Source of the DNA: Marsupella aquatica
Taxonomy: Eukaryota; Plantae; Marchantiophyta
Assembly: GCA_973895155.1 (NCBI GenBank)
Contig: OZ316893.1
Location: forward strand, 26,772,798-26,836,797
Direction: 5' to 3'
DNA length: 64,000 nucleotides
Shown here: piece by piece, positions 13,592 through 24,712 of the stretch
Numbering within the stretch: position 1 is the stretch's first letter
Layout: each line of letters opens with the position of its first letter
Position numbers and translations under genes: made by a program
Notes under the pieces: generated by a model
What the model was told of the DNA's origin: nothing
Database searches by the model: none
Seen by the model: only the letters and a program-made list of their open reading frames with translations

Positions 13592-15631
13592 GTACTCTAC
13601 CCAAACTTCTTGAGTTTTAGTCTGAGCGGCATTTACACAAACAGTGGCCCATATTTTGAGGCACTTTAAATATATTTTGAGAGAGAATCTTGATTGGATG
13701 AATGGTTGACGATCACACTAATTCCCGAGCTTGTGAGGGCTCCACACTGTATCCGTCTGCACGACAGAACAGTGGGTCACCAGGAAGAACTTCAGGTGGC
13801 GTCTTGGCCCCTGTGCAAATCTGCATACCTCATGGGGCCCTGTGTACCCACACTTAAAGTAGAGATAAAATCACACAAACAGCAGTCAAGGAGCTAAAGC
13901 AGCATATAAGCAGCAAAGTGACCTAGAACTACTAAAACTGTGTTGGGTTTGGATCAAAGATGCCAGATAAGGGTACCCTTTCAACTAACCTTACCATACC
14001 CGGACTCACATTACTCTGGAACTAGTTGATGTTTAATATATATCACACTGTTTAATTAATACTTTAGGAGCAAAGTAACGGTGGTAACTTGTAACAGTTT
14101 GTTTTGTTTTTAAAATTGGGCATGACTTGAATGGGTATGGTAGGAGACCCAAATTGCCCCCATAACACTGATGTCTAACGCTAGGATTATCAAGGAAGCG
14201 CTCAGACAGTTTTAGGGCTCAGAGTCAGGAAAATCAAATATCCTCCAGACCTCGATGTCAGGCACAATAACCTTGCACTGGGTAAGCAAGAAAACAGAAT
14301 TACAATACACACATACATATACATATCATAATAATAACGCAATACCTCTTTGATAGTATCCATACCTACCTCAAAATTGCTCGCATCTCTGTATATTGCT
14401 AAAACATACAAGGAAAACAATTAAGATATGAGTTAGGAGGTTACTGTTGGGGTTATCCCCTTCCCTAAATCTTTGTGTAGATTGACGGATGGAAGGAGCA
14501 TTTTGGCTCTTGAAACCTATTTATTATAAACAATACAGTTATTCTAAGTATCAACAATTAATCACGACACTTGAAATCAAGCAGCACCTCCCAAATGATT
14601 GTCAAACTAAATTGTACTATATAAATAGATTACCTTGAAAATAACAGAATGAGCTTGCTTAGAATGAGCTTGCTAACGTAGAGGGATGAGAGCCTAAGGA
14701 AGGCAGCATAGCTTGTACTCTGTTAGGGCATTCCTGTAGCACTACCTGGTGTAGGGTCAGTTGCTCAGCTGCTGGCTTTTGGGGTTGTTGCCATTGAGTG
14801 AAGTGACTACGGTAGCGTCATGGGAGAGGACACAGCAATGGGCCCAGTGGAGATAGGAAAAGGGCTTTAGCGACCACTTCTGGCTAAAGTCGCTGCTAGC
14901 CGGGCATTTCACTCAAAGGGTGGGGATACTCTAATGACAGGTTATTTTTTGTGGCATTTACTGGTTGCTTAACAATAATAAATAGTAAAAGAATGCAGAA
15001 AAAAGAGGAAACAGGACCAAATTCGAAGACAAGAAAGGAACAGAAAAGAAAGCAAAACGCACATGCCACATGGAGTAGAAGGTATGTAGTCTGGCGACAC
15101 TACGGGAGTACTGTAGTATGAATGAATGGGGGACGGCAGAAATGCAGCATGTGGTCGTGTCTGCAGATTTTCATGACTCTCTGGCTCTCGTCCATTTCAC
15201 ATCCGACGGACTGGCTTGAGGTCGTGTGTGACGGTGGTGGGCAGGCCTGGCGAGAGAGAGAAGGCTGTGAAGCTCGGAGAGAAGATCAGAAGCAAGCTAT
15301 GTGCAGTTGTGCATGTGTGAGTGTAATTGTGTGCTGCCCGCCTCTCTGCCTGCGGGATGGATACAGTGGGTAGTAAGTAATAGTAGTAGTGTGGATAGTG
15401 GGGGAGGTGGACGGGCAGGGCTTGCTTTCATTTTCTAATATAAATTCATCCGGCCTTGTGGGGTGGTGGGGTGGTGGTGTCAGTTGAGGAGTGGTGGTGT
15501 AAAAAGTGCGGCTAGTCGTGGAAGAGTAAGTTCCTTGTCGCCATCTCTCCAGGAGTCTGGTTGGGCGATGGATGACGAATCCGTAAAAAGGACGGAGGCA
15601 AGGAGAGGGGCAGGCATCGAGTGATGGAATT

Positions 15632-15657
15632 GGTGAGGTGAGGTGAGGTGAGGTGAG
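15632..15657. repeat. (GGTGA)5 microsatellite in the purine-rich upstream region of the zinc-finger gene
   Basis: ggtgaggtgaggtgaggtgaggtgag. Confidence 0.9.
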
Positions 15658-16627
15658 GAGAGTAGAGTAGATGATCCAAGGCAAGAGAGACAGAGAGAGA
15701 GGGTGAGTTGGGTTGCTCGTTGCTGTTAAGAGAGGAGGGAAACGGGGACTATTGTAGTGAGGGGGAAAGAGGGGAAGGTACGTTTGGTAAAAATTTGGTG
15801 CTTTATTTCGTTTTGAAGGAGAGGGAGGGAATCATGGGAGGAGTAAAAGGGCGATGGTGCCTGATTCTCATTCCGGTTTGGCAGGTATGATTCTGTGCTC
15901 TCGGGCTTCTGCTGCTTTCTGTCTGCTGCCCGCCGCTGTCTGGCCCTCCTCCTCCCCCTTTCTGACGACGACTCATGAGTGACGCTACTTTGTTTTGTCT
16001 ATTCCGGGCAGGGCAATTCTCGTCTGCTTCCGCTTCTCGCCTGGTAGTTTCATGTAACACTGTGCATTCGAAGGGTTCGGTGCGACTGGAAGAAGCAGGG
16101 AAGAAGAAGAGGAGTGTCAAATAGTGTGGCAAGATTCGGGAAGGAAGTAGTGTAAAATTCTTGTCCCGTAGTGTAGAGCAACCAAGTGTCCATCAAACAA
16201 TCTCCTGAGTCTATATATGGAGGTGGCAGTAGAGTAGCAGAACAGCAGCCAGCCAAACAAACAGCAGTCATCAGCCATCACTCGCTCGTGGATGCAGCAG
16301 CAATTGAAAAGGAAGCTGGGTTGGTCAGTTCGTACAACAGTGGTATTGTGACAGCAGCTCTGTTTATTGTATATAGGCAAGGCAGTGCACACGGTGCTGT
16401 TTTCCATCTCTCTATTCCCTCCATCCACCCTCCCTTCCCGCCCTTGCTTCCTCGCGATCGAGCTCCGAGGTGGTGCTTGTCAAGCGGGAGTCGGAAGGAA
16501 AGGCCATGCGATCCAGTCTCGAGCTCCTTGTTCATTTGTTTGCCACTCCCAGAGGAACAACGCTTATTGCCAATCTCGTTGCGAATCAGGTGGAAAGCCC
16601 AGGTGGTGACAACAGTGCCCGATTGGA

Positions 16628-16699
16628 ATGTGGAGGAATGGGATGACACTGGCGCATTGCAACGACGGCAACGTCTTCTTCGTCCACGAACTCAAGTAA
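16628..16699 (+). CDS. Candidate upstream ORF (MWRNGMTLAHCNDGNVFFVHELK) in the 5' leader of the zinc-finger gene
   Basis: ATG at 16628 to TAA at 16697-16699, ending 150 nt before the main ATG and lying downstream of TATA-like motifs at about 16212 and 16370. The transcript start is unknown. Confidence 0.35.
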   Translation: MWRNGMTLAHCNDGNVFFVHELK

Positions 16700-16849
16700 G
16701 GACTCCACTAAGGGAGCAGCAGCAGCAGCATTGGGAGGCGCGGTATAGTAGTCAGAGCCAACATTATTAGTACCTCAGGTTGTCTGCCTACCGGAAATCA
16801 GTTCGCAGCACTGGCTTGCGCCGTTGTCCATCGTTGAAAGTCCTTCGCG

Positions 16850-18229
16850 ATGGCGTTAGCCTCTCCCAGTCTCGCATACTCCGATTACTCTCTGCATTCT
16901 CCTCTGCAGCACTTCGGTGGATCGGGCGGCAATCAGTGGTTCTCCGATTGCTTCCCTTCCTCTTTCCCATGCGTTCTAGACTTCGACTTCCCTCCGCCCG
17001 TCTCGGCACCCGCATTGCTCCCATCCGGTTCGATAAATTTCCCATCCTGCTCCGCTCCCCTCGACCCCATCCAGATGGCGAGTCCGGGGGTGTCGGTTAC
17101 CGGAGGAAGGCTGAGCACACCAGTGATGCATCCGAAGTTGGTCAATACGCTCAAGTCGATGATCTCTCCCTCTCCGACCTCGTCGGACCAGTCTGGGGGG
17201 CGAGGAAGCAGCGGCATCAGCGAGGCTTCGAGTGACGAGCGAAGCAACGGTGGCGTCCGGCGATGTGGTGGTAAGCGGAAGCACGGGTTGCTACAGCAGC
17301 AGCATTCCTCTGCTTTGTCAGAAATCTACAGCTTGACGTCGTCTCCGGATCACCATTTTTACGCCCATCACCATCTCGCATCAGGAGGGGCGGAGGCAAT
17401 GGTCGAGGATGACGAAGCCGCGGTGGTTCCTGTTGATTTGATTCAGAACCGACGGCCATTCAAGTGTGCTTACGCGGGGTGCAACAAGACTTTCAAGAAC
17501 CCCCAGACGATGAAAATGCACCACAAGACTCACTACAGCGAGGACTCTGCGTACCGTCTCGTGGACGCGAATGCGCACGTCCTCTCCACTTTCAGAGCCG
17601 GGCACAACAAGAAGATCCCCTCGCGGTGTCCGGTGTGCAGGAAGACGTTCGTGGGCCTCTACGAGCTCAGGCGCCACTTTGGGCGCAAGCATTCCGTCGG
17701 AGAGAAGAAATTCGGGTGCAAGAAATGTGGCAAGAAGTTCTACATTGAGGTGGATCTCCGTGACCATGAGAAGCTTTGCGGCGAGCCGATCGAGTGCAAA
17801 TGTGGGATGAAGTTCGCCTTCAAATGTAACTTGGTAGCTCACAAGAAGGGTCATCCCGAGTGCCAGGACCTTCCCTCTGAGGAAGAGCAGAACAAAAAAG
17901 GTGCCACCAACTCTTCCCAGCAGCAGTCTCGCTCTTCTCGGAGCAGCAATGCTTCGTCAACACTGGCGCCTGCTTCTGGTAAAGGAAGCCGGAGCCCCAA
18001 GACGACTTACTGCAGCATGACCTCTTCACCGCATCTCCCACAGTTGGCGTCCGCATGGAGCCCTTTGAGCCCATCCTCCGAAGAGTTCTCTGTTCCTGGG
18101 TTCTCGCCCAATGATGGACTGAGTTTGTCGTCGGAGTGCTCCTACTCTACAACATCACCGAATGGCAGCACGCCCCTCTCTTGCCGATCTCCGTCTGGGA
18201 TCCTTCTTGGTTCCAACTACATTCCTTGA
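16850..18229 (+). CDS. C2H2 zinc-finger transcription factor, WIP/STOP1/IDD-related tandem finger array, single exon, 459 aa
   Basis: Uninterrupted GC-rich ORF from ATG to TGA. Fingers: FKCAYAGCNKTFKNPQTMKMHHKTH; CPVCRKTFVGLYELRRHFGRKH; FGCKKCGKKFYIEVDLRDHEKLC; CKCGMKFAFKCNLVAHKKGH. The HxxRKH-GEKxFxCxKCxKxFxxxxDxRxHEKxCG-xxxCxCG spacing matches the WIP/STOP1/IDD finger block. Ser/Pro-rich ends, and a basic KRK motif upstream of the fingers. Confidence 0.93.
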   Translation: MALASPSLAYSDYSLHSPLQHFGGSGGNQWFSDCFPSSFPCVLDFDFPPPVSAPALLPSGSINFPSCSAPLDPIQMASPGVSVTGGRLSTPVMHPKLVNTLKSMISPSPTSSDQSGGRGSSGISEASSDERSNGGVRRCGGKRKHGLLQQQHSSALSEIYSLTSSPDHHFYAHHHLASGGAEAMVEDDEAAVVPVDLIQNRRPFKCAYAGCNKTFKNPQTMKMHHKTHYSEDSAYRLVDANAHVLSTFRAGHNKKIPSRCPVCRKTFVGLYELRRHFGRKHSVGEKKFGCKKCGKKFYIEVDLRDHEKLCGEPIECKCGMKFAFKCNLVAHKKGHPECQDLPSEEEQNKKGATNSSQQQSRSSRSSNASSTLAPASGKGSRSPKTTYCSMTSSPHLPQLASAWSPLSPSSEEFSVPGFSPNDGLSLSSECSYSTTSPNGSTPLSCRSPSGILLGSNYIP

Positions 18230-18599
18230 TCGATCTGTACTTTGAAATTCACCTTGTGCAGGTCTGATCTGGTCTTGCCTGGTCAGGTTATTCACGTTAC
18301 TCTTTGGAGGAAACCACCAGCACAGGTGAGTGGGAGTTGGGGGTGTTTTGGGAACGTCGAGGCGACAGCATTGGCTCTCCAGAGTAGCCAGCATTTCTCT
18401 CGTTCCCCTGTCGGTCAGAAGGCCGTTGTACCATAGAACAAGATCGGCATTCATAGGCAGCACGGAATGCTGTTCCAGCAGCCCAGGGCTCCATTCCATT
18501 ATTGTTGCCGGATGAGGAGCTTTTGTGGCGTACTTTGTGTTTTTACACTGCATATCGAGTTGTAATCAATCCTCGGGAGAAGAGGATGATAGGGTTCAT

Positions 18600-19680
18600 A
18601 GGGGAATATTCGACAGGATGAAGTCGCGAGGGTGCACGCTAATTCTGTCAATGTCGTTGCAGCTCTCTTCTTCCACGAAGAGGGAGCTCTGTCAAGAGCA
18701 TTGCTTATACAGGACGGTCCCTAAAGCTTCTCTACTTACGGAGGTTTGTCCTACAGCGTGCGGGACAGAGCTGTAGATTAATTGGACGCTCTCCCCCGAT
18801 ACAATCTTGGTCGTAACAGTATAGAGATTTATCTATTGTAGAGAGCAGAGCAGCTCCCAGACTCGTAGAGGAGGATCTGCGGGTCGTGTGGTGTCTAAAG
18901 CTCGTGCTCTCCCTCGGTACTAGCTCCCCAGAGATAGTTTGAAGCCCGACGTCAGTACTGCTGATCAGATCAGATTGGACCAAGAAACCAACGCCCAGGC
19001 CGGAGAAGTCGCGAGGTGTTATATGTTTCTTGCTCTCTGCAGTACTAGTCCCTGATACATAGTGTTAAAGCGGCTCCACAACGGAGCTAATCACCCAGAC
19101 TGGAAGGATACTTGTCGAGAGGTGTTTAATTGGCTTTCCCTTCTAGCATCAGATTTTGACGGTGCAAACAAAACCTGATGTTCTGTAACGAGGAGAGTAG
19201 CAAGCTTTCCCTTCTATCATCAGATTTTGACGATGCAAATCAAAGCTGATGTTCTGTAACGAGGAGAGTACCACCCAGACTCGAGGAGATGCAGTCTTGC
19301 GGTGTTATAAAAAGTTGTTGCGGTACTACTTTTGCCAAGTAGTTCTAGATAAGTTATAGCTCTGATGTATTGCAGCAGGGAGCATCACCCACACTTCAGG
19401 AACAGCTGGTCTTGAGGTGTTTCTAGCTCTCCTGCTTCGAGCTCATGTCTTTTGCAGAGAGCATCACCCAGACCCAGACTCGAGAGAACGTTAGCGAAGT
19501 TTTTTTGTTTTTGTAGAAGACGATGCATTGCAGAGAGGAGAGACTCACCCAGTCTCGCGGAGAGCGAGGTCGTGAGGTGCTGGCAGCCTCTCCTGCTGTT
19601 GTTTCAAGATCTTCTCCTCGTTATATTTGCATCACCCACCCGGACTCTTGTTTCGATGAGGTCGCGTGGTGAATGTTTTT
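18600..19680 (+). other. Array of about 8-9 conserved RNA-like stem-loops in the putative 3' UTR or downstream region of the zinc-finger gene
   Basis: Cores at 18854-18893, 18992-19018, 19092-19124, 19272-19304, 19386-19419, 19465-19501 (degenerate), 19546-19579 and 19637-19671, plus a weak copy at about 18607-18634. Consensus CACC CA GAC [loop] GTC N TG N GGTG, with unrelated spacer sequence between units. Confidence 0.7.
19133..19270. repeat. 71-bp tandem duplication within the stem-loop array
   Basis: gctttcccttctagcatcagattttgacggtgcaaacaaaacctgatgttctgtaacgaggagagta (19133-19199) recurs at 19204-19270 with a few substitutions. Each copy contains its own catcag...ctgatg inverted repeat. 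Confidence 0.9.
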
Positions 19681-22600
19681 GGCCAAATTTTGAAAGCCGA
19701 GCAGATGTCGGCCTTTTCCTACTGAGTGTGCGTCCCTTCGTATCGGACTGTCCATTTCTTGTGCCCTCTGTTTTTGCGATTAACGTTACTTCACTTCTCT
19801 TTCTTTTGCATTCCACATCTGCTTTACTTAGATCACAAATTTTGCGCAGGAAACATGGCTTTGTAATTTCCGGGATGTACTTGGAACGATTCTTTCGATT
19901 GAAATAGGTGCTTACCATTTGATGTAACTTAAATGCACTCATAACTCACGTAAACTGTTTTAAGTTTAGCTATGGCTTTTCCTCCTCTCTAGACTGGATG
20001 GCAGGGTTCCGACATCTGTCTGTGATCACATGTGCTCATGGTCTCGTAGTTTCGCCTCTTGTGACTGCGAGCAGTTGATGGGATTCGGGATCGATAGATT
20101 GCCGTCAATTATCTCGAAATGGCGAACCAACGACCTGGACAGATCAACTGTGACATTGATAATGAAGGCTCCTCAGAAACAGCTCGAACGCAAAGCTGCA
20201 AGATTCTGTATAGAAATTATCTTTTGTGAGACTTTCCACGTAGCGAATCCGAATACTACCCACCCTCTGTCAGTAGAACAGATGAGAATTTTGCAAGCTC
20301 CTGTATACAAGTGAAATGATTCTACTATTTATGGGCCAAATTTCCCATTATCAATGCTCTTGGCTCCATGTATGCTTTTGTTCACTGTTCGATCTTGAAA
20401 AAAAGCAACTTTAGAGAGATTTAACTGATACGTTTCTTCATGTGCGAATGAAAAATGTATACGAATTGCTGGGTGTCGCCAACGACGCATGAACACGGAT
20501 GCAGATTCTGTACATCACGATGTCAAATATAACTCTATTGAATGATTCCTTTCCTTATTCAAAAGGCACCCAGTAACTTTTCCGGGCTTCGCGAAAAGCT
20601 GCAACTTATTATTCGAATGAACAGTGAACAAACCTGTCACGGTCGAATAAGCTATGCCCAAACTGGGGTATTTCTGGGTCATGTACTGGCCAAAAAGAGT
20701 TCACAACTTTGTGCAACGACGTTTCACTCACACCAGACGCCAAAGTAACATGGAAAAAGGCACGCTTCACTGTACAGTCTGCAGAGCACATGTGACCAGA
20801 AAATTTAGGTGAAATTGTAGCCACTTGGAGGGTGTGTTTTTGTGTGTGCCCTCGGAGATTGTGGATGTCATCTTCCGGCCATTAATGTTATATCTAGAGA
20901 CGAACAAGCTCTATGAGTTGGACATTCAATAGAGTCTAAGATTGGCGACATCTGCTCTCCTAACCTACTTAAATCTTCACCGAGGGCAGCCTGAAGTGCT
21001 CTTGCTCTACCTCAGATCGTTCGCACATTTCACACAGATTAGGTTATATTTGAATTGACTACTTGCACAAACACGGCTAATTTTACTTCCGATAATGCAA
21101 ACACGACCATGTGTATTATACTTAAGCCGTGGATTTCACGACTTTTGCTAAAGCTTTCTGCAAGAGCTTCTCTCCATACCAATTGAAAAGTTTGATTGAT
21201 TAATAAGGCAAATCCTAGGCAAGGTACCAGTACTTTTCTGAAGTTCTGAACGTCTATGTCCAGGTCAACTTGAAGTTCCGACAGAGCATGTGCAAATGAG
21301 AATTTGTAACTGAAGGGACGGGCTTGTTCACGGTAGGGCCTTATCATGGAAGAGCTTTTGTGGAACCGGGTGCACCTCTAACGTTATTATCAAATCAGAC
21401 AAATTCTTCTTCATGTTAAATACATCCTTTTTGGTGCCAATTGAACAAACTCGACGGTTCTCGTTTGATTTTGTTTATAAAGTTACAATGGTGAGATGAG
21501 CCTTTCCCTCGGGTCTCTTTGTTTGATTGCAAAATCAATTCGTTGGCCTCCGATGACTCTGGGGAAGGTGCCCTTTTCCCGATTGTCTCAGACTTACAGC
21601 AGGCGCAAGAGATGGAAAGACGTTGGTGACTGTTGAAGCTTTTGTCGAAAACGAGATCATCAAACTCAAAACTCAAAACTCAAAACTCGGCCAATAAAAA
21701 TACATTTCCTAAGAGCCTGGACACTATGCAATCCACAGACTGGAAATAGTTGGCCGCATAGGAAACATCGAGAATGGAGAGGGAGGGGCCATGAAAGTCG
21801 ACAATATAATGTTCAAAATCCCGCCAAAAAGTAGTTGTGATCGTCGGAGATAAATCAACTGTCGAAGAATAGATTTGCTTCCATTAGTAGATATCAAGTA
21901 TAAGGAAAAGATATTAAACAGAACATTGATCGAACCCACGAAGAGAACAAGAAAGAAAACGTAAGAGGACACTTCTGCGGTGGTAATTTGGTCCTCTGCT
22001 GCTTTCCTAGCGGTGGTTCTCCGATGTGATCGACGTCATGACAGCTATCCTGTGAGCATTGAGTAAACAACCAAAAGTGAGAGCCAATGAAGAGGAGAAA
22101 ACAAGAATCGTAATAAATTGGATGGCAACAACGCTAAGTGCCAAACCTGCATGGGTACATTCAATTCAACCATAAATAAAGCAGAAAGGGAACATAGAGA
22201 ACAAAAGCCAATGGGACAGAAGATAAATAGTCCGAATAGCCAAGGTTGCCATGTGTACATTAATGCATCCACACACAGACACACCAGGAAAACTCCAGGG
22301 AAAACGGTAACCAAAGTTGGTGTAACATGGCAAAACCCTGGGAGCAGGCTCAGCAGGGCATTCTCCCAAATAAACCCGAAGGGCTTTAGCCCGACGTTCG
22401 CCCTATTTTGGGAGATGCCCTACAGGGAGCATCAGGTTCTTTAAGCCTCAGACAGGTTTTCTAAATTAGGTTCTTATTTTAGGTGGGAAAACAACGTCTA
22501 ATAGACTAGTAGAGGGCGGTCTGGGAGCTGTGAATGCCCTCAACAGCCTAGAAGTTGACGCTGCATCAAAGAGATTGTTCCAAGTAAAAGGCATTTCAAT

Positions 22601-24602
22601 ATTCAAACAGAAAAACAGGGGAGGGCTTTTGGATCACTTTAAAGAATTTCATCATCGTAGCGGGGAGCCAAAGTCTCATGGCTCTGCAGTTTCCTCCACA
22701 TTCAGATGGAATTCTCCGAGGAAAGGGGCAGATTTGAAGGGAAGGGACGACGACGGGGTCAGACAATAAGACACAGACAGCAATCTTGAGGTCGGGTGGC
22801 AGGCTGGCTGGACGGAGCTACGTCCGGGACACACTACCCAACACATGGCATACAGTGAGATCGCAATCTTGGCCGGTAGGGGACGGAGCTACGACAAAGC
22901 TAGTGCAAGTAGCTGCCGTTCACATGGAACACCCACACCGTGGGGAAGTGAGAAACTGAGAGGTGAGAGGGGACTAGAGGAGGAAGGAAATGAATAGTGT
23001 GGACTTGAGAGGGGAGAGGAAGGAGGGAAGGATCTGGGAAGAAAGACAGAGAGAGAGAGAGAAAGAGGAGGTGAGTGGGGTCTACCTCAATGAAGGTGGT
23101 GTGAATAATGAGTAATAGTACCGTCGTTTCGTCCACAGGTGCGTCCACAGGTGCGCAGCAGAGAGGGAGGCAGGCAGCAGCACCGAGACCAGTGAGCTTC
23201 TCAGGTGCTAGATAGCTTGACACAATCACACCAATGAGACCGCCCTGGCTCATCAAAAGGTGACGGAAGTCAAGCGTTTCGCAGACAGGCTCGATGCAGG
23301 TGACAATGGCTCCATTAATTCCCACATTCTTGACGCTCTCAGCAATCATCAGCAAGCCATGTGGAGATCAGAGGCTGCCTCCAGTCTGCGGCCGTGTCCC
23401 TTGTTCTGCTCTCCTCTCCTCTCCACAAGAATCCCACCCTGGACCAAATGCAGCACCACTCCCTTGCAGCCCATGTGAGCTGCCCTCCACTCTCTCTCAC
23501 TGCAAGTAATTAACGTCAATTCGTTGGTTTTACTCTTCACTCTTGGCCACAGCTCATGACATGATCAAAATCATACAGATCTGCCTACCAGTGAATAAGT
23601 ATGCAGTACAAATGAGTTCCATATCATGCAACAATTTTTTTGACTTGCCTTAAATCCGCACCTACCTCAGAGCACAAACGACACATTCATTTTTCATGTA
23701 AATTGGGTACAGAACAAAGAAGCGAGTTATCATTTCGTCTATTCCCCCCCCCCCCCCCATTATGGAGGTCCATGCTATTTCCATAATCTACTACCAGAAA
23801 ATCATGATCGTTAATTTATTCCATACTGATTCACATATTGTAATGCCAGTCTGGGCTAGAGTTCCAGTCTGAACCCTGCTCACAAATTGCTCAAAAAAGT
23901 TTCACAGTTACTGCCGGTCAACTTTTCTTCACTATCTGGATTACAACCTAGTAACTCTGTGCCCATATTGTGTTTATCCTATAAACGGTTTGCCTCTCAC
24001 AATACCTTGTTTTCGTGTTGGGTGTAGGAAGATTATGGTTAACTGTAGATATAGAGAATAATGACTTCAGAGTTTGGAAATCAGATCTGTACAGTAAGTA
24101 GTAGGGGGGTTGCCCCAAAATATAAGTACATGTCACCAAACTGTGGACTTGAGTGCACGATGTTATGAGGAGGATGGAGGGTGGACAAGAAAGAGTCAAT
24201 GCAGGGAATAGAATGATTCAAAGAGTACATTGCTCACCTGGATCATGAGATACAGGATGGTTCACTGGATCTTGTTTCCAAGAGTTTTTTCTGCCTGCTG
24301 GCAAGGAGGTGGGTGCCATGAGTGCTGAAGGATCAGTCGTTGCATTGATTCTTGAGTGCCTATCTAGTACCCAATACAAGTCTTGTAATGTACTCAGGTT
24401 TGGACCATTCTTGTAGGGGAACCATGTTCTTTCTCTTACTTAACAAAAAATTCACCAAACCAAACAAGTTTAAGAAGGCCTGGCAGTGTAGGCTACGGAT
24501 ATACACTCTCCCAAGCTCAAAATAAAACATATGAACTGTAGGTCTGGTGCCTTTGGGATCCTGTCTCCAGCTTTTGGCAGTCTGATATAGGTTCTTTATG
24601 TA

Positions 24603-24712
24603 AACATTCGAAACAAGGAACACCCTAGTCTAAGTCAAAAATATATATAGTTCTTGACAGTGTGATATATGTGTGAACATTTGAAACAAGGACCACCCTA
24701 GTCTAAGTCAAA
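24603..24712. repeat. Direct repeat pair of about 37 bp
   Basis: aacatt(c/t)gaaacaagga(a/c)caccctagtctaagtcaaa appears twice. Confidence 0.85.

Noticed and set aside
16186-16770. 194-aa ORF upstream of the zinc-finger gene, or an extra coding exon
   Set aside because: Non-ATG start, spans TATA-like motifs, and shows no recognisable domain. The main frame has a stop at 16835 and I found no phase-compatible splice joining them.
18850-19680. Hairpin array as integron attC sites or CRISPR repeats
   Set aside because: The two extrahelical bases are superficially attC-like, but there are no RYYYAAC/GTTRRRY boxes, cassette ORFs or integrase. Unit and spacer lengths are too irregular for CRISPR, and G-U pairing favours RNA.
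18850-19680. Hairpin units as 5S rRNA mimics, tRNA/SINE copies or snoRNAs
   Set aside because: Only short chance-level similarity to the 5S 3' end. No A/B boxes, cloverleaf or consistent C/D or H/ACA boxes.
22900-23510. GC-rich ORFs near 23 kb as a gene fragment
   Set aside because: Coding-like composition, but no motif I can assign and stops in all frames.
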